A stretch of DNA of 32,000 nt from the NCBI RefSeq assembly GCF_000016745.1, contig NC_009483.1, positions 810,001-842,000 of the forward strand, written 5' to 3'. Positions 1 through 8,675 of the stretch are shown in pieces. This DNA is from Geotalea uraniireducens Rf4. GTDB taxonomy: Bacteria > Desulfobacterota > Desulfuromonadia > Geobacterales > Geobacteraceae. Positions within the stretch are counted from its first letter, which is position 1. Each line of letters opens with the position of its first letter. The notes below the pieces were generated by a model that made no database searches, was not told the DNA's origin, and saw nothing but the letters and a program-made list of their open reading frames with translations. The position numbers were made by a program, and so were the translations under genes.

Positions 1-317
1 TTCACGATTATCGTACTGTCTGCCAGGTTCAGGTGCATCCGATAGATACTATTGGCCGTAATAGCTCGATCGCTGAGAAATCTGATCCCTGAAGCAAGGG
101 TGCGCGCGGAACTGCGAAGTTTGCCGGATTCTGTGGAGGGGAGCCGCGGCAGCACCACGAGCACGACGATTGAGAGGATGGCAATTACCACCATCAGCTC
201 GATGAGGGTGAAACCGGCGGAAAAACAGGTACGAGGATCGAGGTTCGAGGCTAATGTTTTTTCCTCGCTCCTCTTTCCTTTTTCCTCGAACCTTTCTTCT
301 CGCTCCTTGTTCCTCAT
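1..317 (-). CDS. Type II secretion minor pseudopilin (GspH-like), partial; 3' end lies beyond the window edge
   Basis: Absent from the ORF track because it has no stop inside the window. A reverse-strand ATG at 315-317, 2 nt after the gspG stop, opens a frame I translated by hand: MRNKEREERFEEKGKRSEEKTLASNLDPRTCFSAG/FTLIELMVVIAILSIVVLVVLPRLPSTESGKLRSSARTLASGIRFLSDRAITANSIYRMHLNLADSTIIV. G-FTLIEL followed by a hydrophobic helix is the prepilin-type N-terminal signature. The position right after gspG suggests GspH. Confidence 0.6.
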   Translation of the reverse strand, partial: MRNKEREERFEEKGKRSEEKTLASNLDPRTCFSAGFTLIELMVVIAILSIVVLVVLPRLPSTESGKLRSSARTLASGIRFLSDRAITANSIYRMHLNLADSTIIV

Positions 318-319
318 GC

Positions 320-763
320 CTACTTGATGTTCCAGCTTTCAATATCGGCGTTCTTTCCTTCACCGCCTCTGGCGCCGTCAGCCCCCAAGGAAGAGAGGTC
401 GTAGTCGCCATGTTCGCCTGGGGAGAGATAGATGTAATCATTCCCCCAGGGGTCTTTGGGGACATTCTTGTTGTCCAGATACCCTTCTGCCTTGTAGTTC
501 TTCGGGATCTGGCCGACGGTCGGCTTAGCCACCAGTGCCGAGAGCCCCTGCTCGGTGGTCGGGAAGTTGCCGTTGTCCAGTTTGTAAAGCTTCAAGGCGG
601 TTTCGAAATTGCGAATCTGCACCTTGGCGTCGGCGATTTTGGCGTCGTCGGATCGGCCGATAATTTTCGGCGCCACCAGTGCCGCCAGCAAGGCCAGAAT
701 GACCACCACAATCATAATCTCAATGAGGGTAAAGCCGCGGTTGTTATTGGTCGTATTAATCAT
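320..763 (-). CDS. gspG: Type II secretion major pseudopilin GspG
   Basis: The protein reads [33 protein letters not shown]... with a conserved GspG C-terminal region ([10 protein letters not shown]). I chose the ATG at 763 over the track start at 814 because GGAGG lies 6 nt upstream and it gives a normal short prepilin leader. Confidence 0.9.
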   Translation of the reverse strand: MINTTNNNRGFTLIEIMIVVVILALLAALVAPKIIGRSDDAKIADAKVQIRNFETALKLYKLDNGNFPTTEQGLSALVAKPTVGQIPKNYKAEGYLDNKNVPKDPWGNDYIYLSPGEHGDYDLSSLGADGARGGEGKNADIESWNIK

Positions 764-840
764 ATGAAACCTCCGTTTGATCTGTTCTTTATAAGAGCGC
801 CCTTGTGGTGCCATGGGTTGACCATGTACAAGAGTCGTCC

Positions 841-2052
841 CTACTTTACCAGTTCGTTTAACTGGAAGATGGGGAGCAACACGGCAATGACTACGAAACC
901 GACGCTGAGACCCATTGCCAGGATGAGGAGCGGCTCCAACAGGGCCATCGAGCGGGTGGTAGATGATTCAAACTCCTTTTCAAAAGCCTCTCCGGCCTTG
1001 ATGAGCATCTTCTCCAGCTCCCCCCCTTTTTCCCCTACTGCGACCATGTGCACTAACAGAGGCGGAAACAGTGGGCTTTTCCTCAGGGTTGCCGAGAGAC
1101 TTCCCCCCTGGATCAGCTCCTCGCTGGCCTCCATGAGAATGGCGCGATATTCACGGTTGACTATCGCTGCGCCGGTGATTTCCATGGCCTTGATCACCGG
1201 CACGCCGCTCATGAGCAAGAGCCCCAGCACCTTGGCGAAGCGGGAAAGGATCAGTCTTTGCAGCAGTGAACCGAAGAGGGGGAGCTTGAGCAGCAAGCGG
1301 TCCCTCTTCCGGCACATGGTTTCGTTGCTCTTGAGTTTTTTCGATGCGTAGCTGATGGCGAAACCGAGGATGATGAGTGCCCACCACCCTTTACGCACCA
1401 GGTTGCTGACCTTGATCAGGATGATGGTTATCAGGGGGAGAGTGGCCTTGCTCTCTTCGAAAACAGTGACGATCTTCGGTACGACAAAGGCGAGGAGGAA
1501 GAGCATGACGACAACGCCTACCACCACCATGAGGATCGGGTAGGCGAGTGAGGTGATCACCTTGCTCCTGATCGCAGCCTGGTCTTCGAGGAACTCGGCA
1601 AGCCGTTCCAGGACCACTTCCAGTGCCCCGCTCGCCTCGCCTGCCGAGACCATGCCTATGTAGCTGTCGCTGAAGATCTGCGGCTCGGCGGCAAGAGCTT
1701 TGGCGAGGCTGGTGCCTTCGGCCAGCCGGTCGCGGACCCGACCGAGCATCTTTCTCAGTTCTCCCGGTCGTTCCTGGTCATAGAGGGTGTTGATGGACTC
1801 ATAGACCGGGACGGACGAGCCCAAAAGCGTGGCGAGCCGCCTCGTCATCAGGGAGAGTTCCGGTAGCCCCACCTTGCTGCGGAAGAGTTGCACCCCTTTC
1901 CGGGGTCCGGCCTCATCGGCCGGGGCGATCTCCTTCGGATAGAGGCCGTCGCTTTTCAGACGCTGTTTAGCCTCATTCGGGCTTCCTGCCTCGATGGTGC
2001 CGGTGACTTCGCTTCCCCCCGGTTTATAGGCGCTATAACGGAAGGTCGGCAT
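841..2052 (-). CDS. gspF: Type II secretion inner-membrane platform protein GspF
   Basis: 403 aa with a typical GspF/PilC start ([22 protein letters not shown]...), two repeated T2SSF-type domains and three hydrophobic segments. It overlaps the gspE stop by 20 nt. Confidence 0.9.
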   Translation of the reverse strand: MPTFRYSAYKPGGSEVTGTIEAGSPNEAKQRLKSDGLYPKEIAPADEAGPRKGVQLFRSKVGLPELSLMTRRLATLLGSSVPVYESINTLYDQERPGELRKMLGRVRDRLAEGTSLAKALAAEPQIFSDSYIGMVSAGEASGALEVVLERLAEFLEDQAAIRSKVITSLAYPILMVVVGVVVMLFLLAFVVPKIVTVFEESKATLPLITIILIKVSNLVRKGWWALIILGFAISYASKKLKSNETMCRKRDRLLLKLPLFGSLLQRLILSRFAKVLGLLLMSGVPVIKAMEITGAAIVNREYRAILMEASEELIQGGSLSATLRKSPLFPPLLVHMVAVGEKGGELEKMLIKAGEAFEKEFESSTTRSMALLEPLLILAMGLSVGFVVIAVLLPIFQLNELVK

Positions 2053-3595
2053 AGTCCTCCTGCGTTACCCGCAGTACTTCTTCGATGGTGGTAATGCCGG
2101 CCGCCGCCTTGGCGAGACCGTCTTCGCGCAGGGTACGCATGCCCCTGGAGATGGCGTATTCCTTTATGACGCCGGCAGGGGCCTGCTTGATGATCATGGA
2201 ACAGAGCTCGGAGTCGATAAGGAGGAATTCGTAGATGCCGATCCTGCCCGTGCTCCCGAGATTGAAGCATTTGTCGCACCCGCGGCCGCGGTACAGCACC
2301 GGCGGCAGCTTGATACCGGCGTATTCCCGTTCCGGCTTGTATTCTTCCTTGCAGTGGGGGCAGATTACCCGTACCAGCCGCTGGGCCATGACCGCCGACA
2401 GGGAGGATGCCACCATGAATGGCTCGACACCCATGTCGATGAGACGAGTCACGGCGGTTGCGGCATCGTTGGTATGAAGGGTGGAGAGCACCAGGTGGCC
2501 GGTGAGGCTCGCCTGCATGGCGATTTCTGCTGTTTCGGCGTCGCGGATCTCGCCGACCATGATGATGTCAGGGTCTTGGCGGAGTATGGAACGCAACCCC
2601 CCGGCAAAGGTGAGGTCGATCTTCGGGTTGACCTGGATCTGGCCGATCCCCTTCAGTTGGTATTCTATCGGGTCTTCGATGGTTATGATGTTCTTTTCCG
2701 GCGTGTTGATCCGGTTGAGAGCCGCGTAAAGGGTTGTCGTCTTGCCGCTGCCGGTCGGCCCGGTGACGAGGATGATGCCGTTTGAGCGCGAAAGGAGCCG
2801 CTCCATGGACGCAACATTTTCCGGCGACAGGCCGATATTCGCCAGGGAGATGACCCCCCGCTGCTTGTCCAGAAGTCGTAGCACAACCCGCTCGCCGAAA
2901 AAGGTGGGGATGATGGAGACACGGATGTCCACGTCCCGGCCGGCAACGATGACCCTGAGCCTTCCGTCCTGGGGGAGCCGTTTTTCGGCTATGTTCAGGC
3001 CGGACATGATCTTGACCCGGGAAGTGAGGGCTTCCTGCACCACCTTGGGGGGGGTGAGCATCTTGTAAAGGATGCCGTCGATCCTGAACCGGACCTCCAG
3101 ATCCCTTTCGAACGGTTCGATGTGGATATCGCTTGCACGCTCCTTGACCGCCTGGAAGAGGATTGAATTCAAGAGGCGGATCACGGGGGCTTCATCGGTC
3201 AGGTCGAGCAGGTCCTTCGGCTCATTGAATTCGGATGCAATGGCGGAGAGCTCTACTCCTTCCAACTCTTCAACCACGTCCTGGGCAGAGCCGGAGATCC
3301 TGGCGTAGAGGCGGTTGATGGCGTCCAGCACCGCCTGGCGCGGCACTGCCACTGCCTGCACAGGCATGCCGAAAACTCCCTGCAGTTCATCGAGGGCGAG
3401 GAGGTTGGCCGGGTTTCCGGCGGCGGCTACCAGTTTGCCGTCATCTTCTTTCAACGGCAGAAGAAGGTTATTGCGGGCGAATGCCAGCGGCAGACGCATC
3501 AACAGCGCCGTATCCACCCGGCTGTCTTCTATCTCCTGCAGGAAGGGGATGCCGAGTTTTGCGGCAACGGCTTGTATGTCGATATTATTTGTCAT
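2033..3595 (-). CDS. gspE: Type II secretion ATPase GspE
   Basis: 520 aa with Walker A GPTGSGKTTT, the Asp/His boxes of secretion ATPases, and a tetracysteine motif (CPHC...CDKC). Confidence 0.95.
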   Translation of the reverse strand: MTNNIDIQAVAAKLGIPFLQEIEDSRVDTALLMRLPLAFARNNLLLPLKEDDGKLVAAAGNPANLLALDELQGVFGMPVQAVAVPRQAVLDAINRLYARISGSAQDVVEELEGVELSAIASEFNEPKDLLDLTDEAPVIRLLNSILFQAVKERASDIHIEPFERDLEVRFRIDGILYKMLTPPKVVQEALTSRVKIMSGLNIAEKRLPQDGRLRVIVAGRDVDIRVSIIPTFFGERVVLRLLDKQRGVISLANIGLSPENVASMERLLSRSNGIILVTGPTGSGKTTTLYAALNRINTPEKNIITIEDPIEYQLKGIGQIQVNPKIDLTFAGGLRSILRQDPDIIMVGEIRDAETAEIAMQASLTGHLVLSTLHTNDAATAVTRLIDMGVEPFMVASSLSAVMAQRLVRVICPHCKEEYKPEREYAGIKLPPVLYRGRGCDKCFNLGSTGRIGIYEFLLIDSELCSMIIKQAPAGVIKEYAISRGMRTLREDGLAKAAAGITTIEEVLRVTQEDYADLPL

Positions 3596-3613
3596 AGTCC
3601 TCTTGAAAACCGG

Positions 3614-5539
3614 TCATCTGTCACCAGTCGCGGCATCATGCTTGATCATGAGTTCTTTGTCCAGGTTGAACGGTTTGTCCGAACTGACCGCGTTACCGAA
3701 CTTCTGTTTCTGGATTTCGGAGATCTCCGCTACTTCCTGAGCCCCCCTGACGATGCGGGGGGTGAGGACGATCAACAGGTTCGTCTTCTGCCGTGTGGTG
3801 TTCTTGAACTTGAAGAGCCAGCCGAGAAACGGGATGTCGCCCAAGAGCGGTATCTTGTTTACGGTTTCCTGCTCCCGGTCCTGGATCAGCCCGCCGATCA
3901 CCATGGTATCCTTGTCCTTGACGGCGACCGACGTCTTCGCCGACCGCTTGGTGGTTATCAGGTCTGACGCGCCGGAAACCGTAGTGTTTGAAATGGCGGA
4001 GATTTCCTGGTAAATGTCGAGCTTTACGTATTCCCCTTCGCTGATCTGGGGGGTGATCTTGAGGGTTATGCCGGTATCCTTCCGCTCGATGGATTGGAAT
4101 GAAGGGGTGGTGGTGTTGGAAATGGTGACGTTCCCCTTGAACGGGACGTTTTCGCCGACGAAGATCTCAGCTTCCTTATTGTCCGAGGTCATGATGGTCG
4201 GGGTGGAGAGGACGTTGACTGCACCCAGCGAGTCAAGGGCCCTCAATACCGCCGAAAAGTTCAGCGCTGTTCCCGTCAGGTCGGGAATGGTTATGCCGGC
4301 ACTTTTCAGGTTTGCCAGGGCGGTCAGGAGCGTGGTGAAGGTATCCTGCGGGTCGTAGAGCCCTGCCGCGGTTGCTGTGCCGTTGGATGCGCCGCCGAGA
4401 ACTCCCCACTGTACGCCCAGATCCTTGAGCTTGCTGAGTGAGACTTCGGCGATCACAGCCTCGACGAAGACCTGGCGGCGGCGCTTGTCGAGCTTCTGGA
4501 TCACCTGGATGAGGTTCTGGTAATCGGTGGGCGACGCCATGATGACCAGTGAATTGGTTGCCTTGTCAGGGGTGATGCTGATTTTGCCCCCTTCAAAAGG
4601 CGATTGTTGCGGCGCGTTTGCGGCTCCCGGTTGGCTGGGGGCAGCAGCCGCAGATGATCCCTTGACCACACCATCCAACACCTTGGCAACTTCGGTCGCA
4701 TCGGCATTTTCAAGGTAATAGACATTGACCTTGCTGCTCGTAGTCGGGGGGATAACGTCGATCAGGGTAATCAGTTTCTTGATGTCATCCTTGTCTTTGG
4801 CATTGCCGAATATGATCAGGGCGTTGAGGCGGGCGTCGGGAAGGATGAGCCCTCCGGCTCCTGCTGCCGGTTGTCCGGCGGGTTTTGTCGCCTTATCCCT
4901 GCTCCCGAGCCATTCCTTTACCACGTTGGCAACGCTTTCCGCCGAAGCGTTTTTAAGGAAGACGAGCTCAGCCCCCTCGCGTTTCTGGTCGGTATCGATA
5001 AGTTGCAGTATCGTCAGAATCTTCTGGATGTTCAGAGACGAATCAACGAGGAGCAGCATGTTGGTAGGGCCGAACGAGGAGATATAGCCATCTTTGGAGA
5101 CCATTGGCTGGAGGAAAGTCACCGCTTCCTGGCTGGAGATGTGGTCGAGGGTGATGACCCGTGCCACATATGCTTCGTTAACCGGGCTGCGCTCCTTGTC
5201 TGAATAAATCCGCATTCCCGATTGCTTGGCATTGGCCGTCGGCACTATCTTCAGGACTTTCCCAGCGGGGACGATGGTGAAGCCCTTCAGTTCCAGCACC
5301 GAGGTAAAGACGTTGAACGCTTCTTCGGTGGAGAGTTTTGCCGGTGAAAAGACCGAGATCTTCCCCTTTACCCGGTCATCCATGACGAAGTTCTTGCCGG
5401 TCAGGTCACTGATGAACTTGACCATGGTGGAGATGTCCACGTCGCTGAAATTCAGCACCACTCCTTTGGCCAGCGCCACGGAAGGTACTGCTGCAAAAAT
5501 GATCAGGGCAATGATGATATGCGAAATGCGTTTATTCAA
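3614..5539 (-). CDS. gspD: Type II secretion secretin GspD
   Basis: N0/N1-type domains (VLNFSDVDISTMVKFISDLTGKNFV...) and a C-terminal secretin domain (VLSTPTIMTSDNKEAEIFVGENVPF ... IPLLGDIPFLGWLFK). I placed the start at the TTG at 5539, with GGGAGG 5 nt upstream. This gives a signal peptide LNKRISHIIIALIIFAAVPSVALA. The track ORF extends to 5641 but adds a non-signal-like N-terminus. Confidence 0.9.
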   Translation of the reverse strand: MNKRISHIIIALIIFAAVPSVALAKGVVLNFSDVDISTMVKFISDLTGKNFVMDDRVKGKISVFSPAKLSTEEAFNVFTSVLELKGFTIVPAGKVLKIVPTANAKQSGMRIYSDKERSPVNEAYVARVITLDHISSQEAVTFLQPMVSKDGYISSFGPTNMLLLVDSSLNIQKILTILQLIDTDQKREGAELVFLKNASAESVANVVKEWLGSRDKATKPAGQPAAGAGGLILPDARLNALIIFGNAKDKDDIKKLITLIDVIPPTTSSKVNVYYLENADATEVAKVLDGVVKGSSAAAAPSQPGAANAPQQSPFEGGKISITPDKATNSLVIMASPTDYQNLIQVIQKLDKRRRQVFVEAVIAEVSLSKLKDLGVQWGVLGGASNGTATAAGLYDPQDTFTTLLTALANLKSAGITIPDLTGTALNFSAVLRALDSLGAVNVLSTPTIMTSDNKEAEIFVGENVPFKGNVTISNTTTPSFQSIERKDTGITLKITPQISEGEYVKLDIYQEISAISNTTVSGASDLITTKRSAKTSVAVKDKDTMVIGGLIQDREQETVNKIPLLGDIPFLGWLFKFKNTTRQKTNLLIVLTPRIVRGAQEVAEISEIQKQKFGNAVSSDKPFNLDKELMIKHDAATGDR

Positions 5540-5659
5540 TGATGCCTCCCAAAAAAAAACAGGGACTGGGGAACAGGGATCCGGGATCGGCGGCAACCAT
5601 CGAAAAAGGATTTTTCGTTTGTTGCACTTTTCACCATCCACTCTTCACCATTCACGGTT

Positions 5660-6538
5660 TTATCGTATGTCGTAGTTAAACGTTGTCGGTTGGCCGTCAC
5701 GTACCAGGTCCAGCTTGATGCGATTCTGCCCCTTGAGCGATGCAAAGGACTGTATTGCCTTTTCCGGCGAATCGATGGGAAAATCGTTGATGCTGAGGAG
5801 CACGTCGCCGTTTTTTATCCCTATGGTGCCGAAGATCCCCTGTGGCTTCACTTCCGAAATTCTGAACCCTTCGACCTTGCCATTCTTTATGCTTGGCAGG
5901 AGTCGTGCGTCGGTCATTGCCTGGCCGATGTTGTCCAGGGATGCGTTGAGTGCGCGCTGATCAATTACATAGCTTCCAACTCCCACCTGCGATGCAAGTC
6001 CTCTGGCTTCCCCCGGCACGGCGGCTTGTGTCTGCGGTGCTGCTGCTTCAGTTGCAATCGCCGTTGGGGTGAGTATTTTGATCCGTCTGCCGCCCACCAG
6101 TATTTCTGCCACTTCTTTTTTGACGGCAACCAGTGGTCCGGTGTCGAAAACCGTATCACCAAGCCGGAAAACACGCTCTTCTTTGCTGCTCGATTTCTGT
6201 ACCAGGGCGAACGTCTCGCGGAAGGAGCCGACAGCCGTCCCCAACAGGATCAGGTCTCCCTGTGAAACGGTCGGCGCCGCTTTAGTCGCGGTCGCCTGGA
6301 CGACCGGCGAAAGCCTTCCCTGGGTGGCCTTGCCGAATAATCCCTTTTCCAGGATCGGCGCAAATGACATGAGGTCTTCGGCTATGTTGGAAGAAGACGG
6401 GGGGGGGGAGGCTTTTTTTGCACCCTTTGGATAGAGCTTGGTAAGTCTGAAAGAGATCAGGTCAGAGGAAATCAAGGCCAAAGCCATGATAATCAGAAAC
6501 GTGAGAAATATGTTGGTCGGCAAAATCCATTTCTGCAT
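5660..6538 (-). CDS. gspC: Type II secretion protein GspC-like (N-terminal TM anchor, C-terminal PDZ domain)
   Basis: An N-terminal TM helix (ILPTNIFLTFLIIMALALISS) and a C-terminal PDZ-like segment (GFRISEVKPQGIFGTIGIKNGDVLLSINDFPI). It is the first gene of the gspD-E-F-G operon. Confidence 0.65.
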   Translation of the reverse strand: MQKWILPTNIFLTFLIIMALALISSDLISFRLTKLYPKGAKKASPPPSSSNIAEDLMSFAPILEKGLFGKATQGRLSPVVQATATKAAPTVSQGDLILLGTAVGSFRETFALVQKSSSKEERVFRLGDTVFDTGPLVAVKKEVAEILVGGRRIKILTPTAIATEAAAPQTQAAVPGEARGLASQVGVGSYVIDQRALNASLDNIGQAMTDARLLPSIKNGKVEGFRISEVKPQGIFGTIGIKNGDVLLSINDFPIDSPEKAIQSFASLKGQNRIKLDLVRDGQPTTFNYDIR

Positions 6539-6571
6539 GTGAGCCCTTTTGGGTAACGATAAAACAAACTA

Positions 6572-6600
6572 AATATAGTAAAAGTAACTATCATATGCAA
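6572..6600 (-). promoter_or_regulatory. Candidate sigma70-type promoter for the gsp operon
   Basis: On the minus strand: TTGCAT (6600-6595), 17 nt, TATATT (6577-6572). It lies about 35 nt upstream of the gspC ATG. This is pattern match only. Confidence 0.3.
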
Positions 6601-6832
6601 GGGAAAAGACGGTGCTGTTTCAGCCCTGTTTCAGGTAATGTCGGCACTGTAATGAAGGTAACCGACCGTTGTGAAGCCGGCTGCTTTTTGATGACGCCGG
6701 AAGTCTGATTTGTTTGAGTTGTTGAATTGCCGCCATGGGCTGTGTTAGTATCAACTAAATATTTTTTGCCGGCGCAATACAGCTGCTCCGTTACACTCCC
6801 GGGAGATAGATTCCTGGCGGGAGGTTTTACCC

Positions 6833-7552
6833 ATGAAACCGGTTTTTGTCACGGCTTCCACAATACAGGAACTTTCCATGCTCGTCCGGGTCATTGGCGC
6901 CCGGCAAAGGGCCGACGCCGGACTGCGCGAGGTCTATGACGGGCGCATCGGCAAGCGGGATATCATCATCGCCGTGACCGGCATGGGGAAAGTAAATGCT
7001 GCTTCAGCCATAACGGCACTTTTGGAACATGTATCGCCACAGATTCTTATAAATACCGGCTGCTGCGGCGCTTATAGGGGGAGCAGCCTCACCCCGGGAG
7101 ATCTCGCGGTTGCAACTGCCGAGATCTTTGCCGATGAAGGTGTGTTGACTTCGACAGGGTGGCGGCCACTGGACTTTATCGGCATCCCTTTCGTGGTGCG
7201 AAATGGGAAATCCTTTTTCAATGAGTTTCCCCTCTCGGTGCAGGCAGCTGAAAAGGCTGTACATTTGGCCGCTGCCCTTGGTCTTTCAATCAAGAGAGGC
7301 AAGTTTCTTACTGTTTCCACCTGTAGCGGGACAACTGGCCGGGGCGACGAACTTTACCGGCGATTCGGCGGAATCTGCGAGAACATGGAAGGTGCGGCGG
7401 CGGCCCAGATTGCCCTCCGATATGGGGTGGATTGCCTGGAAATCCGCGGGATCAGCAATATGGTGGAAGACCGGGATCTCTCCCGCTGGGATATTCCACG
7501 CGCAGTCGAGGCCGCGCAGAGGTTTCTCCTTAAATATATTGAAGAATTGTAA
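6833..7552 (+). CDS. mqnB: Futalosine hydrolase (nucleoside phosphorylase family), menaquinone biosynthesis
   Basis: PNP/UDP-type fold motifs (IIIAVTGMGKVNAASA, NTGCCGAY, ENMEGAAAAQIA, RGISNMVEDRD). GGGAGG lies 8 nt upstream of the ATG. It sits directly upstream of an MqnD-type gene. MTA/SAH nucleosidase is the alternative. Confidence 0.7.
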   Translation: MKPVFVTASTIQELSMLVRVIGARQRADAGLREVYDGRIGKRDIIIAVTGMGKVNAASAITALLEHVSPQILINTGCCGAYRGSSLTPGDLAVATAEIFADEGVLTSTGWRPLDFIGIPFVVRNGKSFFNEFPLSVQAAEKAVHLAAALGLSIKRGKFLTVSTCSGTTGRGDELYRRFGGICENMEGAAAAQIALRYGVDCLEIRGISNMVEDRDLSRWDIPRAVEAAQRFLLKYIEEL

Positions 7553-7593
7553 GGGCTGGCCTCGGTCCCGCCCTGTAGTTGAGGAATGCTGAC

Positions 7594-8427
7594 ATGCAAT
7601 CATTGACCCTTGGTTATTCTCCCTGCCCCAACGACACTTTCATTTTTCATGCCCTGACCCATGGACGGGTCGCCTGCGAAGGCCATGTCTTCAATGAACT
7701 GCTGGAGGACGTCGAAACCCTGAACCATCTGGTGCTTGAAAAGGCGCTGGACATCAGCAAGATATCCTACCATCTTCTCGGCTTCATCCGTGATGATTAT
7801 TGTTTGCTCCGCTCCGGCGGAGCCCTCGGCCGTGGTTGCGGACCACTGGTCGTTTCCGGAAAGCTCGGGCATATGTCGCAGCTTAAGGGAAAGCGGATCG
7901 CCGTGCCGGGCCGTTATACCACGGCAGCCCTGCTGTTGCGCCTTTTCGATCCGTCCCTGGATAATATCGTCCATATGCCGTTTCACGAAATAATGGCAGC
8001 TGTTGCTGACGGTTCGGTGGATGCCGGGGTAATCATCCACGAATCGCGCTTTACCTATGCCGGCTTCGGCCTGGTTAAACTTCTCGACCTGGGGGACTGG
8101 TGGGAGCGCGAGACCGGCCACCCGATCCCTCTGGGTGGGATTGTGGCAAAGCGTTCCCTGGGAAACCAGACCCTGGCCGCCATCGAGCGTGCCTTGCGTT
8201 CCAGCGTCGATTACGCTTTTGCCCATCCCGACGAGTCGAACGGCTATATCCGGGCACATTCTCAGGAGATGAGCGATGAGGTATGTTCCGCCCACATAAA
8301 ACTCTACGTAAATGATTTCTCCCTTGATCTTGGCGTTGCCGGAGAGGCCGCTGTTAACGCGCTTCTGACCCGTGCCGAAGAAACTTCCCTTATTCCGCGA
8401 TCGTCTTGTAGTCTTTTCCTTCCATGA
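7594..8427 (+). CDS. mqnD: 1,4-dihydroxy-6-naphthoate synthase (MqnD-type, MqnA/MqnD family)
   Basis: The N-terminus MQSLTLGYSPCPNDTFIFHALTHGRV matches the SPCPNDTF signature I associate with MqnD rather than MqnA. The ATG at 7594 has GAGGA 8 nt upstream. The track start at 7579 is a TTG. Confidence 0.7.
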   Translation: MQSLTLGYSPCPNDTFIFHALTHGRVACEGHVFNELLEDVETLNHLVLEKALDISKISYHLLGFIRDDYCLLRSGGALGRGCGPLVVSGKLGHMSQLKGKRIAVPGRYTTAALLLRLFDPSLDNIVHMPFHEIMAAVADGSVDAGVIIHESRFTYAGFGLVKLLDLGDWWERETGHPIPLGGIVAKRSLGNQTLAAIERALRSSVDYAFAHPDESNGYIRAHSQEMSDEVCSAHIKLYVNDFSLDLGVAGEAAVNALLTRAEETSLIPRSSCSLFLP

Positions 8428-8675
8428 CCGCTGCGCTCTGTTAAATTACTTTACTTCGTTCGTGAATGCCGTATGCGTACCGACTAACATTTGGTACAGG
8501 AAGGGACTTCATGTTATTCCTACTGCGATGTGAGGAGGCTCAAGAATTAACTTACTCCAGCCGATAAGATTACAAGCCGGCCTTCTGCATAGCTGTTACG
8601 CAGCTTGTAAGCGCACGTGAGCATGGGCCGGTTTCTATGCGTTCTGTCGATGTTTTTTAAGTCAGGAAAATCATT

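Noticed and set aside
49-465. A 138-aa minus-strand ORF spanning the gspG/gspH junction.
   Set aside because: It is out of frame with both pseudopilin genes, which carry unmistakable G-FTLIE signatures in other frames. Its sequence is Arg/Pro/Gly-rich nonsense.
5551-5559. An A9/T9 homopolymer immediately upstream of the gspD RBS, considered as an internal attenuator or terminator between gspC and gspD.
   Set aside because: The sequence preceding the T-run on the coding strand is C/T-rich with direct rather than inverted repeats, so no terminator hairpin can form.
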